Below are positions 48,828 through 60,921 of a stretch of DNA of 64,000 nt, in pieces (position 1 is the first letter of the stretch; each line of letters begins with the position of its first letter). The notes under the pieces were generated by a model, which did no database searches, had not been told where the DNA came from, and saw nothing but the letters and a program-made list of their open reading frames with translations. The stretch lies in contig CP145414.1 of NCBI GenBank assembly GCA_036867785.1, positions 1,054,001 to 1,118,000 of the forward strand, in the 5' to 3' direction. This DNA is from Plasmodiophora brassicae. Its lineage: Eukaryota. The translations under genes were made by a program, and so were the position numbers.

Positions 48828-49972
48828 ATGGTGGCCACCGCGCAGGAGATGCTGCTGGAAGATGACGTCGATGATCGACAACAAGGACAGAGCGTGCAAG
48901 GCTCAACGATCGTCCTGCAGATGAACAAGGCGCCGACCTTGAAAAGCATGGACCGCAAGGCCGTCACGACGTTCATGGCCGAGCTGAAGACGTATCGGAA
49001 TCACTTCCGGGACGATCCGAACGCCAAGGGCCAGATCCCGCGGTCAGTGAGGAGTATGATCGACCCCGGTCTGCTCAGGGCGATCTGCAAGTGGGAACTC
49101 GGCAAGGACGCCGAGGGGGTGACGGAGAGCGACCTGATGGACTGGATGAAGAGGCATCTGGAGCAGGATCGCTCGACGGACGCGAACATCGACCGGGAGA
49201 TGCGGAAGCTGGCGATGAAGCTGACCATCACCACACCAGCGGCAAGGGTCGTGAACCTCGTGCAGCAGTACGAGGAATTGGTCGCGCGCAACGGGTGGCA
49301 GGACCTCTTCACGTCCCGCGAGGGACGGAAGAACCTGGTCAAGTACCTACTGGGTGCTGTGCGCCCATCCGGTTTACAAGCGCTCATGCGGACCCTCGTC
49401 ATGAAGCGCCAGACCGATCTCCAGAAGGACCCTTTGGAATTCTATCGGGTGCTGAAGGAACGGGCTGCATCGTATGAGGAGACGATGTTGTACATGGAGC
49501 CGGGACGTGAGGATGGCAAGGGGAAGGGAAAGGTCAAACCCACCCCGAAGAAGCGAGGGGCGCAGACGGATGAAGGAGGCGGTGGAGGCCGGGACACGAA
49601 ACGACACCGGAAGGACCTGCGATGTTTCAACTGTGACGAGGTTGGACATCCAGCGTTTCGTTGCCCGAAGAAGCCTACCAAGAAGCAGGTCGCAGACCTG
49701 CTGAAGGATCGCCGCAAGGGGCCAACGGGAAGGGATGGACCCCGTAAGGCCAAATCTGATAAAGATGACGACTTGTCAGAGTACCCATGGCTTCCAGTGG
49801 TAGGAAGAGTGTCGGAGGGGGCGCAGAGGACAGGGGACCAAGTAGTCGTTCGTGTAAACGGACATGAGGAAGACTACGTTGGGGTTCTGGACAGTGGAGC
49901 GACATCGGTTGACGTTCTGATGCCATTGACCATAGCGCGCGAGCTAATGGAGCGGGACCCATTGTTAACAAT
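48828..49972 (+). CDS. Gypsy gag-protease (5' part of a single gag-pol ORF; start approximate)
   Basis: Zinc knuckle and VLDSGAT; joins in frame to 55369 once the CACTA element and one aat are removed. Confidence 0.9.
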
Positions 49973-50233
49973 CACAGGGAACCCATCGGGGTCAAATCGG
50001 GGTCAATTGGGCAACGCGGCCTCCAGAATGGTGGTCGGTCAACCTGTCATACAGTTATAGAGATCCCTTCATTCGGTCACACGTACGGTGTGTTTGGTGA
50101 CTCTGCAGGAATTGCTACCACTGTGGGTCAATTCGGGGCATTCTGCTCCAGACTGGCCACATTGCGATTTTCACAACATAAGTATCGTTTTCGGAAGTGC
50201 GTGAGTCGCGGCGTCATTGGTGTGCGTCTGTGA

Positions 50234-53200
50234 ATGAGTCGACCACGCAGTCTGGGATCGAGTAGCGACTCACCAGAGCATCCGGGCGGTGATGCTTCTC
50301 GGGACGTGAATATCTTCTTTGAGCATGTGCGCGAATACCAGCGTCGTCGCGCAGCTGCCGATTCTGATCGCCAGCGGAACAACGTCGCCGCCGGCAACCG
50401 TTTTCTTGAGATTGCTCGTCGAGCTCTGAGCGAACGGCGCAATCCTTCAGTCGACGTCATGCACAATCCGTTTCTCCGGCTCTTCGATGAGCACCGTCGG
50501 CGGCGCCAACGTCGACCGACGATGACTGTAACGAGGCATGGAGACAATGTTTCTGTGGAGCCGTTTGATATCCGCCCGGCGCTGTTGGAGAACAATGCCC
50601 GTTCCAATGTTCAGGAATTCAACGAGTGGCGCGAAACTAACTGCAAAGAGTACATGAATGAGCTCAGGCTTTCCGATTTCCTGGTGGCCGAAATCAGCAA
50701 GAAGCTGGAGGAACTCGAGGCACCGAACATCGATCCGACAATTCTCGACAATTTCGATGAGGTGATGCGGTCAAAGGGATCGTACAACTCCCTCAATAAT
50801 ATGCTGAAGATTGCTTCCAACCGTGCTAAGGAGTCACGTATTCGTCGAAATGCACTGGTAATAACACACCGCTTTGTTCACGAATGTAAGTTCTCATGGT
50901 CATTTGGTAGATTCGTGATATTTGTGAGGCCAAAGGGGTACCAAGTGACGACTTTACTGATGCTCTGGATGTGGACCTGAATGCTACAGCCGAATCTATC
51001 AGTGTGTTACGCAGACACCTTCTGGATATGGGGGTGACGTCACCCTTTATCAGGTACAAGGCCTGCTGCGGTGGTCATGTGTGGCCCGATGGCGCAGATG
51101 TGCCATCGTCAGAGGCCTGCTGTCGTCAGTCAGAGCCGTGTATCTACTTTTCGCGAATTTTGTTTCTGCAGTGTCTGTTCCGGTCGAACACGTTCTGCAA
51201 GATGCTCCACGACGAACTCGACCGCCATCGAGAAATCGCATCGGCTCCTTTGAGAAGTACGTATATGCAAGACTGGACGGATGGAGACTTCTTTTATACG
51301 GTGTATTCGCCGTTTATGAAGTCTTGCCTCGAGAACGGCGAGTTCCCTCTCTCGTTGTCATCCATGATCGACGGGGCAGATCTTCTCAGCTGGGGATCTA
51401 AGTCAGTTGTTCCTCTTGTCCAAATTGTGATGGGGTTACCGGCTTCGGTTCGCTGCAATCAGGGCCTTATGTCCCCTGTGGCATTGATCCCAAACGTTGC
51501 TAAGGGTCATCGACGTGCAGTGCAGAGACTGGACGCTTTTGAGCTGAATTTGATGAACTACTATGGATTCCCAGTGTTCGACGCAGTCGAGAAGAGAGTC
51601 AAGCATGTTCGATGCATCTCGGCAGTGATGGTATGTTGTCCACATATAACAGTTTGTATGCTGCAATACCCGTATTAACCGCCTCCATCAGCCAATGGAT
51701 TATATCGAGCTCTGTCACACGAGCTGTACTAGCCAGAACGGCAAGCAGGATGCTTGCAATAAATGCAGCATCAGAGGCCGTTCAGCAAACCGATCTGTCA
51801 AGTACCATGGGGCATTTATGTTCGCGTCATCGGATGTCCAACGCCATGTCAGTATACTGGTAGCGTTGCTAAGTACGGGTTGATCACTGAAGATTTATGC
51901 TTGCTGATATAGTTCTGTAAAAAATATGAAGACATGCTGGAGTATCTCGACGCATTGCCTTCCGATAAAAGGCCGAGCGACGTGCGTTCACTTGATCAGC
52001 TACGTGATGATGTGCGCTGCAAAGACGACGACGAAGTTCGGCGTCGCATGACGTCGAGGAACGTCGGTGACCGTGGTGGATACCGTCACCCGGGTTATGA
52101 CGTCTACTCCGTTGGCCTTCTGTGCAGTTTTGGACACGCGTCCAATTACGTGCACGATCCTATGCACGCCATCTGCATGCGTGCTGTTCGCCCGCTTTTT
52201 CAAGCGATCGACTTCTACGGATCGGGTTCATCATATTACAATCCTGAGGTAAGCGGGCCTGCTCGACTGCACGGCCAACTGTAACACCGTTTGCACAGAC
52301 TGAGAAACTGTTCGGTCGTGGAGACTGTCCCAGTCCTGTGTGGGCTTGGCCCAATAACACTGCCTATCCCGCTAAAGTGAAGGCTGGTGTAAAATGGTCC
52401 TCCCTGGCTGTTGAAATCGATCATGTTTTGGAGAACCTTACGTGGGTATCGCGAACCGGTGGTTCAACGAAACCAAGGAACCCTTTGGTGAGTTCCTGGT
52501 GGAAAGCAGCTGACTCCCTTGTTTGGCTCGGCGACGTTGGCATTGGGATCTGGTGGTCTGTTGTTTCGCGGGTGCTGGTTCGAACCCGTCCAGACTCTCC
52601 CATTGCTTCGTTCTGGATAGCGATGTTTCGTTTTCTCGATGCGCTGTCATCAATGCTTTCGAAGGCTTTTGTTAGAAGCAACCTAGATCGTGTGTTTTCT
52701 AACTTTCTCGACGCTCTGGCGCATCTAGAATCTGTCATGCCCTGCGGGCTGATGACCATATCGGTACGTTTCACAAACGGCTTCACGGCTTCACCGATTT
52801 CATACTGTTCTGATGTTTTCGTGTCAGATGCATTCTCTTGTTCATTTGCCGGAAATAATCAAGCGATGGGGTCCGCTGGTCGGTCTTATTTGGGTCTGGC
52901 CAATGGAGCGATGGCTGCACTTCATGAAAGACGTTCTACAAGCGACCGTCTCTGAAACGGTCAACATCGCGTCCTACATGCAGCTGATCTGTGCTGCTAC
53001 GTTCCTGCGCAGCGACTTCTACAGACAATATTCGCTGAGGAATGACTGCCCCTTGATGTTTGGTAATGCCACAGGCATGGATGAAATTCCTACCGCGCAT
53101 CTGTCGACCCTACCCATCGATCTGCGCCCTCCGCTGTCGTCTGTAGAACTTAACGATACGATGCGGTGTTGGTTGCATGTTCATCTGTATTCAAATACGC

Positions 53201-53980
53201 ACTGGGCCTCTACCAAGAATCATTCTTGGAGGGTCCGGTATCGGCGTTTGGTGGCGCTTTATGCGCAGGCGTCTGGGAATCCAAGAGGTCTGAATTCATT
53301 CTCTGGCATGTTTCGTCATCTTGGAAGCTTCGATCTGTTCTGCTCGTTGCACAAATCGTCGTTCGGATCAGTCTGCCTTCCAAAGTCTGTTCAATCCAGC
53401 TCTCGTGCTGACATCGGTACTGAGCTTGCCATTTTGGTTCACGACAATTGGTTTGAAATCATTTCAGGTAGATGTATGTTTCGGAAGCAGGACGTTGACG
53501 AGTCGTACAAGACATGCAACTCGAAGTTTGTTGTCGAATTCGAAGAGGCTGGCCTCTACATGGGTGACATAAGCAACCTCGTCAAGCTCGATCTAGGCTG
53601 GTCGCATCGGTTGGCACATGAGGCGGATTCGATTTGCTTAATTCTGGTTGGCCGATGGTACAAACTTCACGCCTGCGACAAGCCGTACGATCGAGTTCTT
53701 CCCAGATTTTATCCCAACCGTATTTATCAGCAGTTCTTCTCTTGGTTTTGTAACTGACTTGTCATTGTGTAGGAAATGGGTGGTATAACCCTGGAAGCGC
53801 AGATACGATGTGGCAGGCGCTTCACGAGGTCGTTCCAAACAACATCGTTACGGTTCCGGCATCAGTCATCCACAACAATGCCGTCGTACAAGCGACAATG
53901 GTTTGTATTGAATCCAGAGGAAACATGACTGCTGAAACATTACAGTCAACAATTGCTCGAGATATCGGTGCGGCAGTTTG
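50234..53980 (+). CDS. TnpD-like CACTA transposase (multi-exon; ends approximate)
   Basis: DWTDGDFF, SSMIDG, GLPASVR, YVHDPMHAI, MHSLVHLPEIIKRWGPL...WVWPMERWL (Transposase_21/DUF4218-like blocks). Confidence 0.8.
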
Positions 53981-54344
53981 AGTCAAGGTACATTGCATTG
54001 TTGTTTGAACTCTTGTACGAAACTATCTGAATCAAGTACCTGTACGGTAGCTAGCTCCTAAGCATTTGCAAGCAATACAAGGGTATTGAGTAGTCGCGTC
54101 GATATTGAATTGCTTCGCGAATCGATACGGCCACTGCCGATTTCACGATCGCATTCGCCGCTGCCTGCCACGGAGGGCAGAAACGAGAAGGTGCGACTCG
54201 GAGTGCCGTCGCGCGCTTTGCTGCAGAGTGCAGCAACCGGCACCCGATGTCGCATGCAGTTACAGTGTACGGCCAGCCCGGTGAGCGCGTGCGGCTGCCT
54301 CGTGTGACGTGAGACTGGCGGTTGCTGCTCAATAACGAAAGCGT

Positions 54345-55160
54345 ATGGCGAGTGCAGGGTCGCATACCGTTTCCCTGAGTCTGGCGCAGAGACAAGCGGG
54401 CGTGCCGTCTGCGGAAGAGGAAGAACTTCTGAAGAAGTTTCGGTCACAAGGCGCGCGGCAAGAGCGCACAGCAGAGCGTAAACGTGCAATCAACCTTGCC
54501 AGGACGATATACACGTCGTTCGTTACACGCGTGTCTGTCCGGCGAAACGAACATTAACTGTTATTGTATAGGACATACAAGGCCGACCTGTCGAGGGATT
54601 GCCATAAAGACGTGGAGATACACATCAGGATGTTAAGAGAGGGTCCATCCATTGGACTTCCGGTCAAATGGTGGACCGTAGAGGATACAAAGCAACGTTT
54701 GTCGAAGTCTGCAACCAAATCTTGTCTCGAAATTCTAAACGTATCTTCGTGTCAGTCATTAAGCAGACGCGCAAGAGCAAGCGTAAGGCCGAAAATGTAT
54801 GTTCGCGCGAATCGAACGTGCTGTGCCGACATACTGAAAGTACGGAGATGAAGGATTCACATATTTGTCGCCAATTTAATAATCATTGTGTAGATGGTCA
54901 CGACGACTGCCTGTTTGACTTTCTCCGACAGTTGAGACAACAACTAATGCCACATGAGGCGAACGCGCAGTTTCGTGAGAGCCACATCATTGACATGGTT
55001 GTCGCTGGGCTTCTGCAAGTCCTTGATCGCGTGTAAGACGGCGCCTACCGGTAAGCTTGCTCTGTGGATCTCAATGTTGCTGGTATTATCCAATGTATAC
55101 TTTTCATTTTAGGAGGTAATCGCCATGGAAAAAGTGAGGCTCCAGACGCCATTATGTAAT
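54345..55160 (+). CDS. Second, spliced ORF inside the CACTA element; function unknown
   Basis: Consecutive coding-like segments (54345-54557, 54564-54851, 54668-55036) followed by aataaa at ~55158. Confidence 0.4.
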
Positions 55161-55368
55161 AAAAAGGTTTATGTCTCCCAACGTTTCCGAGCGAGGTGCA
55201 CGCCGAGAGAAACTATAAATAGTAGGTTTCCAAATTTAGTAGGGTTGTGACGGGCACCCCGACGACAGTGTGACTGGATGGCAAGTGGGAGTCAAACAGG
55301 GGTCATCTTGGGGCAATGCTGAAAAGCCTCATTTGAACCCTTATTTGACCCCAGATGGTTCCCTGTGA

Positions 55369-58300
55369 ATGGAGAACCTCCAGAAGCCGGAAACGTTCTG
55401 TCTGGTAGACAGAGAAACGAAGCACACAGCCTACCATGTGATGATACTGGATCTGGGACTGACGACGACGGCAGGCGAACTGATCACTCGCCGGCGCCGA
55501 TGCCTTGTATGGGACATTCCTGAAAAGGAAATAATCCTAGGGGAGAGGCTGTTGGACGACTTGGGTATCCACCCAAAGAAGGCCCTGGACGTACTCATTA
55601 AGAGCACGCCGAAGAAGGGGAATGACGTCATGGATGAAGTGCACAATATGGCAAACGAGATGCCACCTCTCTGGGAAGGGGAGGAAGAGGAAACAGAGGA
55701 TGTGAGGATCGGAACCGATTCCACAGACTCCCTGGAAAGGGAGATGGACGGGATGGTCGAGCGCGCATTGAGGAATGGCCTACCGCAAGCGATGGGGAAA
55801 TCGCTTCGGAAACTCGTCAGAAGATATAGGGACGTTTGGCGTATGAGCATTGGACCTGATGGTCCAGCCAGGGTTACACCATTTGTCACGGAGCTGAAAC
55901 CGGATGCGGAACCTTACAGGTGCCGAGCCAGAAAGTACAGTATGGAGGACAGTGCTTTCATGGAGGAATTCGTCGCCCAATTGAAGAAGTATGGCCTAGT
56001 CGTTGAAAACTACAACGCGAAGTGGGCTTCACCGGTGGTGGTGGTGACGAAGCCAGGGGGCGGAAAGCGGTTCTGTGTTGATCTCAGAGCTGTTAATGCC
56101 AAATGTGTCGCCGTGGCGTGGCCTATGCCACATCAGGAGGCGATACTCAGGAACCTGGCAGGCTCGAGGTTCTGGTTTAAGCTAGACGCGTTCAAAGGCT
56201 TCTGGATGATGCCGCTGGATGAAGCGTGTCAGGAGATCTTCTCCTTCATGACAGATAAGGGGGTGTATAAGCCAACGAGGTCGATGCAGGGGGGAATGAA
56301 CTCCGCCCCTCAGTATCAAGGGAGGATGTTTGAGGTGTTCGGGGAACTTATGTTCCACAAACTAATCATATGGATCGATGATCTAATGGGGCATGCCCAA
56401 AGGGAGGATGATTGGTTCCGAACGTTGGAACGGACTCTGATGCTAGCCGAACGGCACAGCATCAAGTTCAACGTGGAGAAGTGTGAGCTCTTCACAACAG
56501 AGGTTCGGTTCTGTGGAAGGATATTCACGCCAGAAGGGGTAAGGCACGATCCTGCTAGGATTGAGGCTTTAATGGCGATACCACAGCCGAGAACGGCAAG
56601 GGCCTTGCAACAATTCCTTATGGCAACTCAGTGGATGAGTAGGTCCATCCCTGAGTACAACAGGAAGGTACACCTGTTACAGAGGATATACGAGGATGCA
56701 ATGAAGGACCAACCTGGCAGGACGAAAGCCATTGCCAGGAGGGTGCGATTGTGCAAATATGGATGGTCACCCGAACATGCGCTGGCATTCGAGAAACTGA
56801 AGATGGCAGTGGCGGACACGGTCCAACTAGCGTACCCGCGAAAGGACCGGATCCAATGCCTATTCTCAGATGCAAATGAGGTTAACAGCGCGGCGGTAGT
56901 CACACAGATTCCGCCTGAGGACTTGGGTAAACCAGTGCATGGGCAGCGACATGAACCGCTGGGTTTCGTCGGACACAAGTTCGCGGGCCCAGAGCGGAAC
57001 TGGTCCACGGTGGAGAAGGAAGGGTTCGCGATCAAGGATGGGATTGACAAACTGGACTATCTCGTTACAACCAACGAGCAGTTTCGTTTGTTTACCGATC
57101 ATAGGAATCTCGTGAGGATATTCTCACCAACGGACGTGTCAAAGCCAACGGCGCAGAAACTGCAACGATGGGCACTGGACATACAGAGGGTCAACTACGT
57201 CATTGAACACATTGCGGGGGAGGACAATGTGTGGTCGGATCTTATGACGCGGTGGGGTGCACCGGACGGTGGGCCTGATGACCAGCACCTAGAGGTACGC
57301 ACGATCAGGAGGATAACGCTTCAAATTGAGGACGGATATCGGGTACGGCCGTTACAAAGGAAGGAATTCCAATGGCCGACCGTGGACGAAATCCGTAAGG
57401 CTCAGAGGAAATGGCTCAGAGGAACGAAACGACCGAAGAATGGTGATGATCTCTTCGTCACAGGGAAGGGACAGGTGATCATACCAGACGAATGCAACGA
57501 GCTGAAGCTGCAGCTATGCGCTATTGCTCATGCGGGCGGAAACAGTGGGCATCTAGGACTGAAGGCCTCGTTGAGGAAGTTGGGGGAGTTCTGCCATTGG
57601 GCACACTGCGATGAGGACATGAGGACGTTCTGCAACGCGTGTTTGAACTGTCTACCGACAAGGGGCGGGGTTAGGATTCCCAGGCCATTGGGAACAGCTG
57701 TTCATGGTGTTAGGCCGAATCAGGTGATTCACTTGGATTGGCTATACATGATGGCGGCTCAGAAGGGCGGAAGACATGATCTGCAATGGAACCTGATAAT
57801 CAGGGATGATCTGTCTGGCATGGTCAAGATTACTCCTGACCATACACCCAATGCGGAAACCACTGTAGAGGCACTGCTCGAATGGAGGGCTATCTTCGGA
57901 ACGTTTGAGTTGATGGTGTCAGACATGGCGTCTTGCTTTCTGGCAAACGTTGTGAAGGAACTGGCGCGTCGATGTGGATTTGCTCATCACCCGACTGTTG
58001 CCTATGGGCATTACAGTAATGGATCAATTGAGGTGATCAACAGGAACTACTTGCAACTAGTCAGAGCACTTCTGTCTGAATTGCAGTGGGACAAATACGA
58101 TTGGCCATGGTTGAACCACAACATTGAACACACGATCAATCACAGGTCGCAGGCGCGTACCAACGGGAATGCGCCAGTGACAGTGATGATGGGACGTCAA
58201 CCAGACAACCCGCTGAAGCAAGTGTTCAAGAGGCCAGGGGATGAGAAGTATGGGGAAGCTACACTCTCAAAGGAGCATATTCAGGAGCTAGTCATGCAAT

Positions 58301-58893
58301 TGCAGACGTCGCTGAATGAAATGCACAAGGGAGCAGTGCAGCAATCGAAGAAAATCCGAGCCGTACACAGGAAGAGGAGCGACGCGTACCGACGAGCAAC
58401 TGCACCGAACTTTCAGATCGGTGACTATGTACTCATCGGATTGCCTGAACCGGGTAAGGTTCCGGGCAAGAAGCTCTTTATGAAGTGGCGGGGCCTATAT
58501 CAAATAACTGATAGCCACGAGAACTACACCTACGAGGTGAGGAATATGTTCAATGAGACGGACACTCGAACCGTTCACGGGGACCGCGTTCGCCTCTATG
58601 AACATGGCAAAGTGAATGCCACTGAGGAACTGAAGCGACAGATGGATTATGACAATGAGCGTTTCGCCATTGAAGTCTTCAAGGACTGCAGGCACAGTCC
58701 GGAGACAGGGGAATTGGAATTGTTGATCGGATGGAAGGGTTTCTCTGAAGCGGAGGATTCATGGGAGCCAATCTGCAGGTTGGCGATGGATGTACCGAAG
58801 CTGGTGAAGGCACATGCCGCCAGGATGAGGAAGGAGAAACATCACCTTGCTGATGAGGTTAAGGAGTTACTTAAGGCGGAAGGAGTCCAGTAG
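55369..58893 (+). CDS. Gypsy pol (RT, RNase H, integrase, chromodomain)
   Basis: Uninterrupted 1174-aa ORF with all pol motifs. Confidence 0.97.
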   Translation: MENLQKPETFCLVDRETKHTAYHVMILDLGLTTTAGELITRRRRCLVWDIPEKEIILGERLLDDLGIHPKKALDVLIKSTPKKGNDVMDEVHNMANEMPPLWEGEEEETEDVRIGTDSTDSLEREMDGMVERALRNGLPQAMGKSLRKLVRRYRDVWRMSIGPDGPARVTPFVTELKPDAEPYRCRARKYSMEDSAFMEEFVAQLKKYGLVVENYNAKWASPVVVVTKPGGGKRFCVDLRAVNAKCVAVAWPMPHQEAILRNLAGSRFWFKLDAFKGFWMMPLDEACQEIFSFMTDKGVYKPTRSMQGGMNSAPQYQGRMFEVFGELMFHKLIIWIDDLMGHAQREDDWFRTLERTLMLAERHSIKFNVEKCELFTTEVRFCGRIFTPEGVRHDPARIEALMAIPQPRTARALQQFLMATQWMSRSIPEYNRKVHLLQRIYEDAMKDQPGRTKAIARRVRLCKYGWSPEHALAFEKLKMAVADTVQLAYPRKDRIQCLFSDANEVNSAAVVTQIPPEDLGKPVHGQRHEPLGFVGHKFAGPERNWSTVEKEGFAIKDGIDKLDYLVTTNEQFRLFTDHRNLVRIFSPTDVSKPTAQKLQRWALDIQRVNYVIEHIAGEDNVWSDLMTRWGAPDGGPDDQHLEVRTIRRITLQIEDGYRVRPLQRKEFQWPTVDEIRKAQRKWLRGTKRPKNGDDLFVTGKGQVIIPDECNELKLQLCAIAHAGGNSGHLGLKASLRKLGEFCHWAHCDEDMRTFCNACLNCLPTRGGVRIPRPLGTAVHGVRPNQVIHLDWLYMMAAQKGGRHDLQWNLIIRDDLSGMVKITPDHTPNAETTVEALLEWRAIFGTFELMVSDMASCFLANVVKELARRCGFAHHPTVAYGHYSNGSIEVINRNYLQLVRALLSELQWDKYDWPWLNHNIEHTINHRSQARTNGNAPVTVMMGRQPDNPLKQVFKRPGDEKYGEATLSKEHIQELVMQLQTSLNEMHKGAVQQSKKIRAVHRKRSDAYRRATAPNFQIGDYVLIGLPEPGKVPGKKLFMKWRGLYQITDSHENYTYEVRNMFNETDTRTVHGDRVRLYEHGKVNATEELKRQMDYDNERFAIEVFKDCRHSPETGELELLIGWKGFSEAEDSWEPICRLAMDVPKLVKAHAARMRKEKHHLADEVKELLKAEGVQ

Positions 58894-59091
58894 GCTAGTC
58901 ATGCTTTTTTCCCGGATGCGCGCTGGGTTATTTTAATGCCGACGGCCATGTGACGACAGAAGCCAAAACTGTGTTCTACGAAGATTGAGACTTAATTATG
59001 TTAATTAGACTATATTAAGGAGAAGACATGATTAGGATACACCACCACTGAAGACACCTGCAAGGAGGAGCATTTCGTTGAAGGAGGGGAA

Positions 59092-59267
59092 TGTGCCGGC
59101 TCCAAGCTATAAGACAAGAATAGCTGTGATCCGGCTAGGCCGCCCTAAGAATGACGGACATGCACGGAGTGCGCACGGAGTCCGCACGGCGTCCGTGGGA
59201 GCTGCAGGTCGGGGACACAGACGATTATACTACACGGCTGATATACCATCACCGTTGGGACGTCACA
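59092..59267 (+). repeat. 3' LTR of the Gypsy
   Basis: Direct repeat of 48605-48780, preceded by a PPT and followed by ggtc. Confidence 0.97.
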
Positions 59268-60921
59268 GGTCCATCTAACGTTGATGTAGTAAGGACACTT
59301 GCTTCCCATTCGCCGGATCAATGTATCTTGCCGACGCAGCCAGCCGATAATTGTTGTCAACATGTCCATAAACGGGAAAGCTGCCGTGTCGCCAATGGAA
59401 TGTAAAGCGGCCTTAACGATGAGATCGAGCTGATGGGCCAAGCACCAGACTCGGTAGAAAGAGTGACCACTAACAGCATTGGCGAGACGCGTAGTGAATC
59501 CAACGTTGCAGCCCGTCATGTTTGGAGCTCCATCGGTCGATGAGCCAATGAGTTTGTCTTTCCAAGTGAGACACAAAGCAGTCAATACCTTAGCGAAAAA
59601 GTTGAACAGAGACTCTCCACTGTGTGATTCATCGAACAAGGGTATTGCCAGTAAGTGGAATGAGAGAAGATCCGCGCCAATCTCGAGCCCAGGAAATCGA
59701 ATACGCACATCCAAGTGAGAGTTTCCAAAGTCATCAGTAGATACATCGCTCGCTATGGCGAACGACCATGACCTGGACATCAAATCTGCTAGAATCTGCA
59801 AACCGATGGCACAGATAATTCGAGAACAGCACGAAGCCTCTCCCTCAGAAACGCAGCCAGTTTTCGATGCACAACCAAGTTGGTCGCGGTTTTCCTGTAC
59901 GACACGTGTTATCTGCCGAAATGAAAGACCAGCGGCAAGAAGAGACACGACATAATCAAATTGCAGCGAGTTGGTGATCGTGACTCTATAACAAGATACA
60001 GTTGTTGAGCCGTCATCCTCTGTTGCACAGTCGGGTTCAAATACATCCAAGCCCCTGTCACCGGCAGGTTGTTCGCTTTCCGAATCGTCCTGCCTGCCGG
60101 ACGGAGGCATCAACACATCGCGAACGATTACGTCGACAATACTCTTATCGATTGTGATGATTCGTTTGCGGCCAACAACAGTGCTGCGTTTCTCAAAGAA
60201 CGCCTCAACGGTAGTCTGATTGAAGAAATTCCTGAGGACTTCAGGTGTAGAGACGTCAAGGTTACGGAGATTGGAATATTCCATGAACTTCGTAGGGTGC
60301 TGCTCAGTCATATGCTTACGAATATTGTCGCTGCGGAATATGTCCTTCCAGTGTTTGCGGTTCGTCGTTTTCTTTCGCTTCCGACCATCAGCAACTTCGT
60401 CATCTGCATCCTCGCGCCCCCAGCACTCACAAAAGCGGCACACAACAGCCTCAACAGAGCCACTGCTTTCGTCCCGTGACGTCACTCGCAATCCGAACTC
60501 AAGTTCGAACTTATCCAGGTAGGGATATAATCGTTTCGGATGCTTACGTGGAGGACCCGACATCGCGGCGGCTATCACGGGTCAGTGGGGGTGTTAGGCC
60601 CTGCTCCGGAACAGTCCAAACAGACGCGGGGAAGTCCGTGGGCACTTGGTAAGTCCGCCACGCACTATTTAAAATAGTACAGACAGGTGCCCTTATATTA
60701 GTACATTGTACTATTCTAACGCGATTGTACTACTTTATAGAGGCCTGGCCATGGCCCATGGGCTCATGCCGCAAATACCAGGTCTGTCCCGGACTGCGTG
60801 GCGCAGTCCGGGACAGACCTGGATCGTCATTCAAATCTAATTCGTGCTGCGACATCCCACCGGATTGCAGGTTTGCCTCTCGAGACCGGACACGTGTTTG
60901 ACTGCTGCGGACCACGTCGCG

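Larger units (their letters stand above)
49973..55367 (+). mobile_element. EnSpm/CACTA (CMC) DNA transposon, 5395 bp, with CACAG termini
   Basis: TIR cacagggaacccatcggggtcaaat / atttgaccccagatggttccctgtg; 3-bp TSD aat; subterminal ggggtca repeats. Confidence 0.92.
48605..59267 (+). mobile_element. Ty3/Gypsy chromovirus LTR retrotransposon interrupted by a CACTA element
   Basis: 176-bp TG..CA LTRs, ggtc TSD, PPT gaaggaggggaa; gag with CFNCDEVGHPAFRC, protease LDSGA, RT (WASP, DLRAVN, WIDD), RNase H, integrase, C-terminal chromodomain (LIGWKGFSEAEDSWEP). Confidence 0.97.
47440..60747 (-). mobile_element. Full-length hAT-like transposon interrupted by a Gypsy
   Basis: Same TIRs; transposase 60558-59268 + 48604-48589 + 48521-47598 with BED-like CRFC..H..H, ASDVSTD, STDGAPNMTG, WCLAHQLDL, NVRWTS, PTTSRVEGDFS. 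Confidence 0.92.

Noticed and set aside
48453-50060. 535-aa ORF taken at face value
   Set aside because: It begins in antisense hAT sequence and the LTR and ends inside the CACTA TIR; only ~48828-49972 is gag-protease.
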